Shown piece after piece: positions 19,006 to 31,043 of a stretch of DNA of 64,000 nt; within the stretch, counting starts at the first letter, position 1; the number at the start of each line of letters is the position of its first letter. The stretch spans positions 7,865 through 71,864 of the forward strand of contig JADGPA010000109.1 of the NCBI GenBank assembly GCA_017882685.1, read 5' to 3'. A program made the translations under genes and the position numbers. The notes under the pieces are model-generated. The model was given only the letters and a program-made list of their open reading frames with translations. It searched no databases and was not told where the DNA came from. Origin of the DNA: Propionibacteriaceae bacterium (GTDB lineage Bacteria; Actinomycetota; Actinomycetes; Propionibacteriales; Propionibacteriaceae).

Positions 19006-20046
19006 CTATGCCGTGCTCGGCGCTCGCCATAGGTTGATGCCGCCCTCGGTGGCGTACCGGTCGATGTCGGCGAGCTCGTCCGCGGTGAAGTCCAGGTTGC
19101 GCACGGCGCCGAGGCTGTCCTCCAGCTGCTTGACGCTAGAGGCGCCGATCAGCGCGGAGGTGACCCGCTCGTCGCGCAGCACCCAGGCCAGGGCGAGCTG
19201 GGCGAGGGTCTGGCCGCGTCCCGTTGCGAGGTCGTTCAGCGCCCTGACGTGGGTGAGGTTCTGTTCGGTGAGCAGGTCTGTGGACAACGACTTGCCCTGC
19301 GAAGCCCGCGAACCCTCCGGCACGCCGTCGAGGTACTTGTCGGTGAGCATGCCCTGAGCGAGCGAGGAGAACGCGATGCAGCCCAGTCCGGTGTCGCCGA
19401 GGGCGTCCAGCAGGTCCTCCTCGATCCAGCGGTTCAGCATCGAATAGGACGGCTGGTGGATCACCAGCGGAGTCTTCAGCTCACGGGCGATCGCGACAGC
19501 TTCCCGAGTCCGCTCACCGGAGTAGGACGAAATCCCGACGTAGAGCGCCTTGCCCTGCCGCACAGCGGTGTCCAGGGCGAGCATGGTCTCCTCCAGCGGC
19601 GTGCTGGGGTCGAAGTGGTGGTGGTAGAAGATGTCGACGTAGTCCAGGCCCATCCGCTCCAGCGACGCCTCCAGGGAAGCCAGCAGGTACTTGCGGCTGC
19701 CGAGGTCGCCGTAGGGCCCGGGCCACATGTCCCAGCCGGCCTTGCTGGAGATGACCAGCTCGTCGCGATAGGGCCGGAAGTCCTCACGCAGGTGGCGGCC
19801 GAAGTTGGTCTCAGCCGAGCCGTACGGCGGGCCGTAGTTGTTGGCCAGGTCGAAATGGGTGACGCCGAGCTCGAACGCGCGGCGCAGGATGGCCCGCTGC
19901 CGGTCGAACGGGGTGTCGTCGCCGAAGTTGTGCCACAGCCCCAGCGAGATAGCCGGAAGCTTCAGCCCGCTGCGTCCCACCGGACGATAGGGCATGCGGC
20001 CGTCGTAGCGGTCGTGGTCGGGGGCGTAGGTGTCAAGGATCGGCAT
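19006..20046 (-). CDS. Aldo-keto reductase (L-glyceraldehyde-3-phosphate reductase, YghZ/MgrA-like)
   Basis: SLGLWHNFG, THFDLANNYGPPYGSAE, SSKAGWDMWPGPYG, IHQPSYSM. Confidence 0.9.
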   Translation of the reverse strand: MPILDTYAPDHDRYDGRMPYRPVGRSGLKLPAISLGLWHNFGDDTPFDRQRAILRRAFELGVTHFDLANNYGPPYGSAETNFGRHLREDFRPYRDELVISSKAGWDMWPGPYGDLGSRKYLLASLEASLERMGLDYVDIFYHHHFDPSTPLEETMLALDTAVRQGKALYVGISSYSGERTREAVAIARELKTPLVIHQPSYSMLNRWIEEDLLDALGDTGLGCIAFSSLAQGMLTDKYLDGVPEGSRASQGKSLSTDLLTEQNLTHVRALNDLATGRGQTLAQLALAWVLRDERVTSALIGASSVKQLEDSLGAVRNLDFTADELADIDRYATEGGINLWRAPSTA

Positions 20047-20110
20047 GGATGTGACCTCACTCTCGTTGGCATCCTAAGTCCCCGATGGGGTCAGCACCGA
20101 CTCCGATGGG

Positions 20111-21484
<1,374 letters not shown>

Positions 21485-21584
21485 ACTCCGACCCTAAACG
21501 CTTCGCCAAGATCATCCGAACGGACGACCCGATGCGCCTTCGGGGAGGACGTGAGGCGCCCGCTGCGGCTCCTACCGTGAGTTT

Positions 21585-22340
21585 GTGAGCACAGTGAGCG
21601 CCATCGCGACCATGCCCGACCAGATCGCTTCTGCGACCGACCTGACCAAGACCTACGGCGCGGGGGAAGCCGTCGTCCGGGCCCTCGACGGGGTCAGCGT
21701 CGGCTTCGCCCGAGGCTCGTTCACCGCCATCATGGGGCCATCAGGGTCGGGCAAGTCGACCCTGATGCACTGCCTCGCGGGCCTGGACCGTCCCACCTCC
21801 GGCCGGGTGGTGCTCGGCGGCAGCGTCCTGTCCGAACTCACCGACCGGGCGCTCACCAACGTCCGACGCGACCACGTCGGCTTCGTCTTCCAGGCGTTCA
21901 ACCTGCTGCCGACGCTCACCGCCGAGCAGAACATCGTGCTGCCGCTCGAGCTTGCCGGACGCCGCGCCGACGCCGCCGTGTTCTCCGGACTCGTGGATTC
22001 ACTCCGGCTCGGCAACCGCCTGGCGCACCTGCCGTCCCAGCTCTCCGGTGGCCAGCAACAGCGGGTGGCCATCGCCCGCGCCCTGATCACCCGCCCGGCC
22101 GTCGTGTTCGCCGACGAGCCCACCGGCGCGCTCGACTCCGCGTCCAGCCACGAACTGCTCGACTACCTGCGGCACACCAGCCAGGTCTTCGAGCAGGCCA
22201 TCGTGATGGTCACCCATGACCCGAACGCCGCTGCCTACGCCGACCGGACCCTGCTGCTCAGCGACGGCAGAATCGTCGACGACATCATCGCCCCGACCGC
22301 GGACACCGTGCTGACGGCGATGAAGCGACTGGGGTCCTGA
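21585..22340 (+). CDS. ABC transporter ATP-binding protein (LolD/MacB-type)
   Basis: [27 protein letters not shown]. Confidence 0.92.
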   Translation: MSTVSAIATMPDQIASATDLTKTYGAGEAVVRALDGVSVGFARGSFTAIMGPSGSGKSTLMHCLAGLDRPTSGRVVLGGSVLSELTDRALTNVRRDHVGFVFQAFNLLPTLTAEQNIVLPLELAGRRADAAVFSGLVDSLRLGNRLAHLPSQLSGGQQQRVAIARALITRPAVVFADEPTGALDSASSHELLDYLRHTSQVFEQAIVMVTHDPNAAAYADRTLLLSDGRIVDDIIAPTADTVLTAMKRLGS

Positions 22341-24775
22341 TGTTGCGGCAGGCGTGGTCAGAGGTGCGCCATCACCCCGGCCGTTTCGTCTCGACGATCC
22401 TCGCAATCGCGATCTCGGTTGCCTTCCTGTCCGGCTCCGCCGTGCTGGTCGCCACCGAGGGCCAGGCGCAGGGCAAGGCGATGTCGGTGTCCCTGGCGAT
22501 GGCCGACGTGGTGGTCACCGTGCCCGGGGACGAGGAACCGAAGGGCGTGGGGGCGGCGATCGCCGCCACGCCCGGCGTCAGTGCCGCAGCCCCGGTCCTG
22601 ACCGAGTCGGACGTGGTCACCGCCGGTGTGGTCTCCCAGGCTTTCCAGTTGGTGAACGTCCCGCCCGAGCCCCTGCGCTGGGCGTCGTTGACCGCGGGCC
22701 GGTGGCCGTCGGCCGCGGACGAGATCGCGCTGAGCAGCGGGTCGGCGAACGCCCTCGGGGTGCGGGTCGGTGACCGGCTCACGCTCGAGGGACGCGACCA
22801 GAAGGTGGCGGTCACCGGGGTGACCGACGAGCCCAGCGGACTGTTCGTGAAGACCGGCTATGCCGCGGACGCACGGTTCGCCGCGTCCGGGTACTCCGAA
22901 GCCGCCGCAGCCAGCTGGGCCGTCAAGGCGGCGCAGGGAACCGACCCGCCCACCCTCGCCGCCCGGCTGGACGCGGCCCTGCAGGGGATTTCGCCCGGGT
23001 TGCGCGCCGACCCGGCCGAGCGCGTCCGCGCTGAGGCGGTGGCGCACCTGGCCAAGGGTTTCGACGTGTTCGCCAACGTGCTGTGGGCCTTCGCCGTCGT
23101 CTCCCTCGTGGTGGGGATGATCACCATCTCGAACACGTTCTCGATCACGCTCGCCCAGCGCCGCCGGCAGATCGGCTTGCTGCGCGCCATCGGTGCCACC
23201 GGAGGCCAGTTGCGGCGTCGGTTCCTGCTCGAGGCCGCGCTGCTCGGCGTGCTCGGCTCGGTGCTCGGAATGGCGGCCGGAATCGGTATCGCGGCGGCAG
23301 AAACGGCGTGGAGCACTGCCCTGTTCTGGGGCCTCAGCCTCCCGGTGGGACAGTTGGCGATCGCCCTGGGCCTCGGTGTGCTCGCCACCGCCGTGGCGGC
23401 GTTCGTGCCGATCCTGCGCGGCACGAGGGTGGCGCCGATGGAGGCCCTCCAGCCGGTGCTCCCCGGTGAGGAGCGGCGCCGGGCCTGGGTGGTGCGCACC
23501 GTGGTGTGCGGGCTGCTGCTGTGCGCGGGCCTCGGGGTGGCGGCGATCTCGGTGGCCGCACCCAACCCGAATGCGCTGCTGGTGGCGATCGGCGCCGGGG
23601 CGCTGATCTCCGTCGCGGTGCTGTTCGGCGGGCCGCTGTTCGTGCCGGCCCTGCTGAAGGCCTCCGGACGGCTGTTCGCTTGGGCCGGGACGGTGCCGCG
23701 GCTGGCTGCGGTCAACGCGGAGCGCAACCCGCGACGCGCCACCACGACCGCGACGGCCCTGATGCTCGCCGTCGGCCTCATGGTGACCCTCCAGGTGGCG
23801 ACGGCCAGCGTCCGGCTCACCGTGCTCGACGAACTCTCGGCCCACTATCCGGTCGACCTCCAGGTGGCCTGGCCGAACGCGGACGGGGATGCGGTCCCGA
23901 TTCCGAAGCCGGTGACCACCCAGCTCACCCACGTGCAGGGAGTCGAGGGCTCGGTGCTGCTCGCTGGCGGGGCAGCGATCCTTCATGAGCTGCCCGTGAC
24001 GCTGCTCGGGTACGACCAGGGCGTGCCCGCGGTGACGGGCATCAGCGCGGCCGTGGCCGATGACCAGGTGCTGGTCAGCCCGTACCGGGCCGAGGACCTG
24101 CCGAAGTCGGTCACGGTGAAGGGCGCTGCGGGCAGCCGTGAGCTCACGGTGGTCGGCTCGCGGCTGGTGAGCTACGAGCAGGCCATGGTGTCGCCGGCGA
24201 CCCTCGCCCGGATCGTCGCGCCGATACCGGGGGCGGTGATGTGGCTGTCGGTGCCTGACCGTGACCGGGCGGTGGAGGTGATGGTGGCGGTGAACCGGAT
24301 CGTCGAATCCAGTGACCGGCTCAGCGGATCGGTCGTCGAGGCGGCGCTGTACGAGCAGGTGATGGAAATCCTGCTCGCCATCACCACCGGCCTGCTGGCC
24401 GTGGCTGTGCTGATCGCGCTCATCGGGGTGAGCAACACCCTCGGGCTGTCGGTGATGGAGCGCACCCGCGAATCCGCCCTGCTCCGCGCTCTCGGACTTC
24501 AGGCGAGCTCACTACGGGTGATGCTGCTGATCGAGGCCCTCCAGGTGGCCGTGGTCGGCATCGTCGTCGGTGTGGCTGCCGGGGTCGGCTTCGGCTGGCT
24601 CGCGGTGACAGCACTGGGACGCAGCGGCGGCTTCGACGGCGTCCGGTTCGGCGTCGACCTGCCCACCACGGCCGGGATGGTGGGAGTGGCGGTGCTGGCC
24701 GCGGCGCTGGCCTCCGTCCTCCCTGGACGCCGGGCGGCCAAGGCGGCACCGACGGAGGCGCTGGCCGACATCTAG
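22340..24775 (+). CDS. FtsX-like ABC permease (duplicated)
   Basis: Two RxRExxLLRA(I/L)G FtsX motifs, RNPRRA, multiple TMs. Confidence 0.88.
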   Translation: MLRQAWSEVRHHPGRFVSTILAIAISVAFLSGSAVLVATEGQAQGKAMSVSLAMADVVVTVPGDEEPKGVGAAIAATPGVSAAAPVLTESDVVTAGVVSQAFQLVNVPPEPLRWASLTAGRWPSAADEIALSSGSANALGVRVGDRLTLEGRDQKVAVTGVTDEPSGLFVKTGYAADARFAASGYSEAAAASWAVKAAQGTDPPTLAARLDAALQGISPGLRADPAERVRAEAVAHLAKGFDVFANVLWAFAVVSLVVGMITISNTFSITLAQRRRQIGLLRAIGATGGQLRRRFLLEAALLGVLGSVLGMAAGIGIAAAETAWSTALFWGLSLPVGQLAIALGLGVLATAVAAFVPILRGTRVAPMEALQPVLPGEERRRAWVVRTVVCGLLLCAGLGVAAISVAAPNPNALLVAIGAGALISVAVLFGGPLFVPALLKASGRLFAWAGTVPRLAAVNAERNPRRATTTATALMLAVGLMVTLQVATASVRLTVLDELSAHYPVDLQVAWPNADGDAVPIPKPVTTQLTHVQGVEGSVLLAGGAAILHELPVTLLGYDQGVPAVTGISAAVADDQVLVSPYRAEDLPKSVTVKGAAGSRELTVVGSRLVSYEQAMVSPATLARIVAPIPGAVMWLSVPDRDRAVEVMVAVNRIVESSDRLSGSVVEAALYEQVMEILLAITTGLLAVAVLIALIGVSNTLGLSVMERTRESALLRALGLQASSLRVMLLIEALQVAVVGIVVGVAAGVGFGWLAVTALGRSGGFDGVRFGVDLPTTAGMVGVAVLAAALASVLPGRRAAKAAPTEALADI

Positions 24776-24781
24776 GTGTGT

Positions 24782-25705
24782 TCAGGCGTTCTCAAGGCGC
24801 CGGCAGGCCGCAAGGAGCGTCTCCGCGGTCTTCTGGCTGAAGGGCATCCGCGCGGCCTGGACCGCAGCGACCAGCATCGCTGCGCGGGCAGGCAATGCCA
24901 ATGCCGGCCACGGATCCCCAACTGGGGGCACCGCCGGTCCGCACGCTTCGCGATAGGCCTCGAGGAAGGTCGGCCAGCCTGCCTCTTCGAGGAGGCCAGC
25001 GCGCCAGAAGCCGGCCGTCCGGGCGAGGTCCCAGGCAGGGTCGCCCACGCCGAAGTCGTCCACGTCCAGCAGCTTCCAGCTGCGGCGCAGTGGGGTGTGG
25101 CCCAGCTGGCCCAGGTGGAAGTCACCGTGCGCGAGTGTTGCCTGGGCCGGCCGCCGGGACAGCTGTTCGGCCAGGGGTTCGCCGAGGTCGAGCAGCCATC
25201 CGAGGTCGGCCGGCCCGCGCCGGAGGTATTCGATCGCGCGGGCCAGCCGCGAATGGCCACCGAGGCGCGGGGGGTCGTTCGTGATGGGCATGCGATGAAG
25301 CCGGGCGAGAAGCGAGCCGACGTCCGCCCACGGCGGACGATCGATGGTGGCCAGCACGGTGACCCGCGGCCAGACGGTGGCCAGCCGGTCGGCCGGCGCG
25401 GCGATCGGGGCATAGATCAGCGGCTGGATCCACAGCCGGTCCATGTCGGTGCCACCGATGCAGTGCAGCCGACGGGCCAGCCGTTCGCGGTTGGTGCGCT
25501 TGCCGTGGATCTTCACGATCACGCCGGCGCAGATGAACACCTGCGAGTGGAGGGGGGCCACCGGACGGGTGGGCAGGCCGCGCGTGACCAGCGGCACCAC
25601 CGGGGTGGTCGGACCTACGCGGGGATCCTGACGGCCGGCGACCTCGCGCACCCAGTCCTCGATGGCCGCCCTTTCGGGGGCGTGCGTCGGCATGGCTGTC
25701 CGCAT
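24782..25705 (-). CDS. Aminoglycoside phosphotransferase-like kinase
   Basis: VIVKIH, LARLH, HGDFHLGQ, LLDVDD, GDPAWDL. Confidence 0.8.
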   Translation of the reverse strand: MRTAMPTHAPERAAIEDWVREVAGRQDPRVGPTTPVVPLVTRGLPTRPVAPLHSQVFICAGVIVKIHGKRTNRERLARRLHCIGGTDMDRLWIQPLIYAPIAAPADRLATVWPRVTVLATIDRPPWADVGSLLARLHRMPITNDPPRLGGHSRLARAIEYLRRGPADLGWLLDLGEPLAEQLSRRPAQATLAHGDFHLGQLGHTPLRRSWKLLDVDDFGVGDPAWDLARTAGFWRAGLLEEAGWPTFLEAYREACGPAVPPVGDPWPALALPARAAMLVAAVQAARMPFSQKTAETLLAACRRLENA

Positions 25706-25798
25706 CCTCCGTCCGGTTCGGGCCTCATTGTCCAGCGGCGACAGGCGCTGAGCCTACCTTGGCCCTCAGCCCATCGTCGTCTGGCCATCGACGGCACG

Positions 25799-27058
25799 CT
25801 AGGCGACTCGGGCTGCCCGCGCGACGTCCGGCGCTGCCCGGTGCCGGGAACGCAACCGCCGGACATCGGGGAAGCAGAGGGCGAACACGGTGGTGGCGAT
25901 GCTGACCACACCGGTGCCGATCAGGGCGTTGTGGACCCCGAAAAGGGTGGCGGCCGGCCCGGCGAGCAGCAACCCGACCGGGCCGAGCATCAGTGACCCG
26001 AGCGCGTCGTAGGACGCCACCCGTGACAGGGATTCGGCCGGCACTTCCTGCTGCATGGTGGTCATCCACAGCACGCCGAACAGGTCGAACGCGATGCCCG
26101 TGAAGAAGGCGGAGACCACCACCACCCACAGCGGCGCGCTCACACCGAGCAGCAGCTGGGGTGCTGCCGCGGCGAAGGTCAGCAGGGTCGCGACAAGGAT
26201 TGGACGCTCCGGTCGCCAGGCCATCGCGATCGCGACACCGACGATGGCGCCCAGCGCTTCTCCGGCCAGCACGGCCGTCCAGCCGGGTGCGCCGCCGAGC
26301 TCGGCATTGGCGACCACCGGCCCCAGCACGCCCTGGGATGCCTGCAGCACCATCAGCAGCACGGCCCACTGCAGCACGCAGACGAACAGCCACTGCCGGC
26401 TGCGGAACTCGCCCCAGCCGTCCACCAGCTGACGTAGCGGGCTTCCCTCCGGCTGCGCCAGCGACCCTTCGCGCGACAACAGCGCCGACAGCCCGGCGGA
26501 AACGAGGTAGAGCGCGCCGGCGAACACCATCGCCCAGCCGCCACCCAGCCACACCACAACGGCGCCGCTGGCAACGAGACCGGTGAACCGGGCGGCACTG
26601 GCGCCCATCGACAGCCAGGCATTGCCCAACTGCTGCAGGTGCGGCGGCACGAGGTCGGGGATGATCCCGCTGAGCGCCGGGTAGACAGCAGCGCCGGACA
26701 TGCCGGCGATGGCCGACGCCATGCACAGCAGCCACAGCGGGGTGCAGCCGGTGAGCAGCATCACGCCGATCACGCTCCACGCGGACGCTGCCAGCAGCTG
26801 GCCCCACAGCAGCACCAGCGAGCGGGGGTAACGGTCGGCGACCACGCCGCCGACGAGCATGAACGCGACGAGCGGGATGGCTTGCGCCGCGAGCACGATC
26901 GACAGCGTCCCGGCGTCCGCGCCGGGCAGGGCGAGGATGCCGAATGCCAGGGCCACCGGGGCGAAAGCCATGCCGAACATGGAGATCGTGCGGGCGGTCA
27001 GGAGCACGGCGAAGGGTGCATCCGCGAGCAACTCGCGGGTCTGGCTGGACGCGGGCAT
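25799..27058 (-). CDS. MFS transporter
   Basis: About 12 TMs, GGVVADRYPR motif A. Confidence 0.88.
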   Translation of the reverse strand: MPASSQTRELLADAPFAVLLTARTISMFGMAFAPVALAFGILALPGADAGTLSIVLAAQAIPLVAFMLVGGVVADRYPRSLVLLWGQLLAASAWSVIGVMLLTGCTPLWLLCMASAIAGMSGAAVYPALSGIIPDLVPPHLQQLGNAWLSMGASAARFTGLVASGAVVVWLGGGWAMVFAGALYLVSAGLSALLSREGSLAQPEGSPLRQLVDGWGEFRSRQWLFVCVLQWAVLLMVLQASQGVLGPVVANAELGGAPGWTAVLAGEALGAIVGVAIAMAWRPERPILVATLLTFAAAAPQLLLGVSAPLWVVVVSAFFTGIAFDLFGVLWMTTMQQEVPAESLSRVASYDALGSLMLGPVGLLLAGPAATLFGVHNALIGTGVVSIATTVFALCFPDVRRLRSRHRAAPDVARAARVA

Positions 27059-27167
27059 GACGAACTCCGATGGAAATGGACAGCCGATCATGCTTCCACC
27101 CCCAGGTTCGCCGATGCAAACCGACCCGGGACTCCCGGCGCGCGGCCCGCCGGGGCAGGATGGGCCC

Positions 27168-27464
27168 ATGCTGATCGTGCATGTGAGCGTCCACGTCAAC
27201 GACGACGCCGTCGAAGCCTTCATCGACGCCTCCCGGGCCAACGCCGCCGCCTCGCTGGAGGAACCGGGGGTGGCGCGGTTCGACGTGGTGCAGGCCCTCG
27301 ACGACCCGACCCGCTTCGTGCTGGTCGAGGCCTACCGCAGCGACGAGGCCGCGGCCGCCCACAAGGAGACCGCCCACTACGCCACCTGGCGCGACACGGT
27401 CGCGCCCCTGATGGCGGAGCCGCGCAGCGCCACGCGGTACCGCGGGATCACCTATCCGGTGTGA
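27168..27464 (+). CDS. Antibiotic biosynthesis monooxygenase / LsrG-like protein
   Basis: EPGVARFDV, FVLVEAY, AHKETAHY. Confidence 0.85.
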   Translation: MLIVHVSVHVNDDAVEAFIDASRANAAASLEEPGVARFDVVQALDDPTRFVLVEAYRSDEAAAAHKETAHYATWRDTVAPLMAEPRSATRYRGITYPV

Positions 27465-27529
27465 CGCTGTTCCCGGCCTGTGAAATAGTGAACCCGCAGC
27501 TTGCGTAAATGCCTGGGATGTCGCCATAG

Positions 27530-27548
27530 TTAGGTAAGGCTCACCTAA
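27530..27548. promoter_or_regulatory. DtxR/IdeR iron box
   Basis: TTAGGTAAGGCTCACCTAA, 17/19 match to TTAGGTTAGGCTAACCTAA, 10 nt upstream of efeU. Confidence 0.9.
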
Positions 27549-27558
27549 CTACGAGGAG

Positions 27559-28431
27559 ATGGCGGTGCTCGGGAACTTCCTGATCGGATTGCGCGAAGGG
27601 CTGGAAGCCAGCCTCATCGTCAGCATCCTGATCGCCTATCTCGTCAAGACCGGCCGTCGCCACCAGCTCGGCAGGGTCTGGCTCGGGGTCGGCCTTGCGG
27701 TCGGCGTCTCCCTCGGCTTCGGCGCCCTCCTGACCTTCGGCCCCAAAGGCCTCTCCTTCGCTGCCCAGGAGTCCATCGGCGGAGCCTTGTCGATCGTCGC
27801 CGTTGGCCTGGTCACCTGGATGATCTTCTGGATGGCGACAGCGTCTCGCACGCTCGCCTCCGACCTGCGGCGTCAGGTGGACGCCGCGGCAGAGAGCAAC
27901 TGGTCCCTGCCGCTGATTGCAGCGCTGGCCGTGGGACGCGAAGGCCTGGAGACCGCCCTGTTCATCTGGGCTGCGACAACCGCTTCCGGTGGCCAGGGGA
28001 CGCCCACCGGCGGCCCGCTGCTGGGCGCACTGTTCGGCCTGCTGGTGGCCGTTGGTCTCGGGTACGCGATGTACGCAGGCGCCGTCCGGATCAACCTGGG
28101 CAAGTTCTTCGCGATCACCGGCGGGTTCCTGATCGTGATCGCCGCCGGCGTGCTCGCCTACGGCGTCCACGATCTGCAGGAGGCCGGTTTCCTGCCGGGC
28201 GTGAACAACCTCGCCTACGACGTGTCGGCCGTCGTCCCGCCATCCGGGGTGCTCGGCACCCTGCTGAAGGGCATCTTCAACTTCTCCGCAGCGGCCACCG
28301 TGCTCGAGGTCGTGGTGTGGGTGGCCTACGTCGCCGTCGTCGGCACGCTGTTCCTCCGGCTGGTGCGGCGCAAGGCGCAGCCTGCCACCCAACCCCGCCC
28401 GGCCGCCCCGGCCGTCCGCGCCACTGTCTGA
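27559..28431 (+). CDS. efeU: Iron permease FTR1/EfeU
   Basis: Two REGLE motifs, about 7 TMs. Confidence 0.93.
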   Translation: MAVLGNFLIGLREGLEASLIVSILIAYLVKTGRRHQLGRVWLGVGLAVGVSLGFGALLTFGPKGLSFAAQESIGGALSIVAVGLVTWMIFWMATASRTLASDLRRQVDAAAESNWSLPLIAALAVGREGLETALFIWAATTASGGQGTPTGGPLLGALFGLLVAVGLGYAMYAGAVRINLGKFFAITGGFLIVIAAGVLAYGVHDLQEAGFLPGVNNLAYDVSAVVPPSGVLGTLLKGIFNFSAAATVLEVVVWVAYVAVVGTLFLRLVRRKAQPATQPRPAAPAVRATV

Positions 28432-28465
28432 GCGCCTCTTCGAGGCCTGTCGTCCGAAAGGCACC

Positions 28466-29629
28466 ATGAAGTTCGGAGTTCCCGCGCTGGTTTGCGCCGC
28501 CCTCTTGGCGGCCTCCGGCTGCACCGACAACGCTCCCGCCAGCACCGGTTCTGCCGGTGACGGGCGCACCCTGAGTGTCACCACCAGCGACACTGCGTGC
28601 ACCCTGAGCGCCACCACCGCCCCGTCCGGCCCGCTGACCTTCGCTGTCACGAACACCGGCGCGGCGGTCACCGAGTTCTACCTACTGGCCTCCGACGGCC
28701 TGCGGATCATCGGCGAAGTGGAGAACATCGGTCCCGGCATCACCCGCGAACTCGTTGTCAGCGCGCCGGCCGGCAGCTACTTCTCCGCGTGCAAGCCGGG
28801 CATGGCCGGTGAGGGCATCCGCGCAGCCTTCCAGGTCACCGACTCCGGGCAGCCGGTCGGCCCGACCGGCGACGACGCCACACTCGTCGATTCAGCCGAC
28901 GAGGCCTACGGTCACTACGTCGGCGATCAGATCGACCAGCTCCTGGCCAAGACCAAGGAGTTCGTCGCGCTCTACACCGCGGGCAAGGACGCGGAGGCGC
29001 GGGCGCTGTACCCGCGGGCCCGCGTCCACTGGGAGCGGGTGGAGACGGTCGCTGAGTCGTTCGGAGACCTCGACCCCAAGATGGACGCCCGCGAGGCGGA
29101 CCTCGAACAGGGCCAGAAGTGGACCGGCTGGCACCGGATCGAGAAGGACCTGTGGCCGGGCCGCGCCAAGGACTACACCCCGCTGACTGCCGCGGAGCGC
29201 AAGACCTACGCCGACGACCTGCTGGCCAACACAGAGGTGTTGCACGAGCGGGTGGAGGAGATGAGCTTTACCGCTGACGCCATCGCCAACGGCGCCAAGG
29301 GTCTGCTCGACGAGGTCGCGACCGGCAAGGTCACCGGCGAAGAGGAGTACTGGTCGCGCACCGACCTGTGGGACTTCCAGGCCAACATCGACGGTGCCCG
29401 GGTGGCGTGGGAAGGCCTGCGGGACCTGCTCAAGCGCAAGAACGCAGGCCTGGACTCCCAGATCGAGAGCCGGTTCACCGACCTGCAGAAGCTGCTCGAC
29501 CAGCACAGGGCGGGCGACGGGTTCGTCACCTACGACAAGCTGACCAAGGCCCAGGTGAAGGAGCTCTCCGACGCCGTGAACGCCCTGTCCGAGCCGCTGT
29601 CGAGGATCGCAGGAACCGTCCTCTCATGA
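28466..29629 (+). CDS. efeO: Iron uptake lipoprotein EfeO
   Basis: Lipobox ASGC, cupredoxin-like N-domain (EVENIGPG, CKPGM), M75 domain GWHRIEKDLW. Confidence 0.93.
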   Translation: MKFGVPALVCAALLAASGCTDNAPASTGSAGDGRTLSVTTSDTACTLSATTAPSGPLTFAVTNTGAAVTEFYLLASDGLRIIGEVENIGPGITRELVVSAPAGSYFSACKPGMAGEGIRAAFQVTDSGQPVGPTGDDATLVDSADEAYGHYVGDQIDQLLAKTKEFVALYTAGKDAEARALYPRARVHWERVETVAESFGDLDPKMDAREADLEQGQKWTGWHRIEKDLWPGRAKDYTPLTAAERKTYADDLLANTEVLHERVEEMSFTADAIANGAKGLLDEVATGKVTGEEEYWSRTDLWDFQANIDGARVAWEGLRDLLKRKNAGLDSQIESRFTDLQKLLDQHRAGDGFVTYDKLTKAQVKELSDAVNALSEPLSRIAGTVLS

Positions 29630-30915
29630 CCCCCACTTCTGACAAGTCGGCGAAGAGGGGAGGGTTGTCGCGGCGTGGGCTGATCGGATCCGCCGGGGCT
29701 GGCGCTGCGGTCGCGGTCGCCGGAGCCGGGGCGATGGCTGCCACCGGCGGGGCGCCGGCAGCCGCCAGTCCCTCGTGGAGCACCGTGGCGTTCCACGGCG
29801 CCAAGCAGGCCGGCATCACCACAGCAGCCCAGGACCGGCTGCACCTCGCCGCGTTCGACGTGCTGCCCAGCGCCACCCGCGACGACCTCGTGCAGCTGCT
29901 GAAGGACTGGACGGCCGCAGCAGCCCGCATGACAGCGGGCGACGGCGCCGGCCCGGCCGGGCCGCTGTCCGGCCCATACGATGCGCCGCCGGATGACACC
30001 GGCGAGGCCATCGGGCTCGACCCGGCGAACCTCACCATCACGTTCGGCCTCGGCCCCACGCTGTTCCGGGACGCCGCCGGCGCCGACCGGTTCGGCCTTG
30101 CCCCCCGGCAACCCGAAGCGCTCACCCGCCTGCCGCACTTCCCGCACGACTTCCTCGACGCGTCGGCCAGCGACGGCGACCTCGTCGTCCAGGCCTGTTC
30201 GAACGACCCGCAGGTGGCTGTGCATGCCATCCGCAACCTCACCCGGATCGCGTTCGGACGGGCGGCGATCCGCTGGTCCCAGCTCGGCTTCGGCCGTACC
30301 TCCTCCACGTCGACGACGCAGGTCACCCCGCGCAACCTCTTCGGCTTCAAGGACGGCACCTCGAGCCTTCGCGCCGAGGACACCGCAGGAATCGACGCCC
30401 ACGTCTGGACCCGTCCGGAACCCAAGGCTGGCTGGCTCGAGGGTGGCAGCTACCTGGTGGCGCGCAAGATTGCGACGCACATCGAGACGTGGGACCGCGG
30501 CAGCCTGCGCGAGCAGGAGAACATCATCGGCCGCACCAAGGCCGAGGGTGCGCCGCTGTCCGGCGGACACGAGTCCACCGCACCCGACTTCGCGCTCGCA
30601 GGACGCGCGGGCGCACCACTGGTCGACGCCAGCTCGCACCTGGCGCTGGCGCATCCCGAGCACAACAACGGCGTCAGGATGCTCCGGCGCGGCTACAACT
30701 ACGTGGACGGCAGCAACCGGCTCGGCCGGCTGGCGGCAGGGTTGTTCTTCATCGCCTACGTCACCGACCCGCGCACCCACTACATCCCGATGCAGGCAGC
30801 GATGGCGTCAAACGACCTGCTCAGCGAGTACCTGCAGCACATCGGGTCGGGCCTGTGGGCGGTGCCGCCGGGCATCGCCGACGGTGAGTTCGTCGGGCAG
30901 GCACTGTTCACCTGA
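29626..30915 (+). CDS. efeB: Dyp-type peroxidase/deferrochelatase EfeB
   Basis: Tat signal SRRGLI, QAGI, RNLFGFKDGT, LRRGYNY. Confidence 0.93.
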   Translation: MTPTSDKSAKRGGLSRRGLIGSAGAGAAVAVAGAGAMAATGGAPAAASPSWSTVAFHGAKQAGITTAAQDRLHLAAFDVLPSATRDDLVQLLKDWTAAAARMTAGDGAGPAGPLSGPYDAPPDDTGEAIGLDPANLTITFGLGPTLFRDAAGADRFGLAPRQPEALTRLPHFPHDFLDASASDGDLVVQACSNDPQVAVHAIRNLTRIAFGRAAIRWSQLGFGRTSSTSTTQVTPRNLFGFKDGTSSLRAEDTAGIDAHVWTRPEPKAGWLEGGSYLVARKIATHIETWDRGSLREQENIIGRTKAEGAPLSGGHESTAPDFALAGRAGAPLVDASSHLALAHPEHNNGVRMLRRGYNYVDGSNRLGRLAAGLFFIAYVTDPRTHYIPMQAAMASNDLLSEYLQHIGSGLWAVPPGIADGEFVGQALFT

Positions 30916-30942
30916 GTCGTCGCCGTCCCCGTGCGCGCCGAA

Positions 30943-31002
30943 GCTCCCGAAACGTCCCCTTGCTCCCGAAATTCCGGGAGTAAGGGCAATTGTCGGGAGC
31001 GA
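30943..31002. repeat. 60-bp palindromic intergenic repeat, family B copy 2
   Basis: 52/60 identical to 2598-2657; nested hairpin GCTCCCGA...TCGGGAGC. Confidence 0.8.
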
Positions 31003-31043
31003 GCGCGGCCTAGGAGGCGGCGGGACGGGGGCATTCTGGTGTC

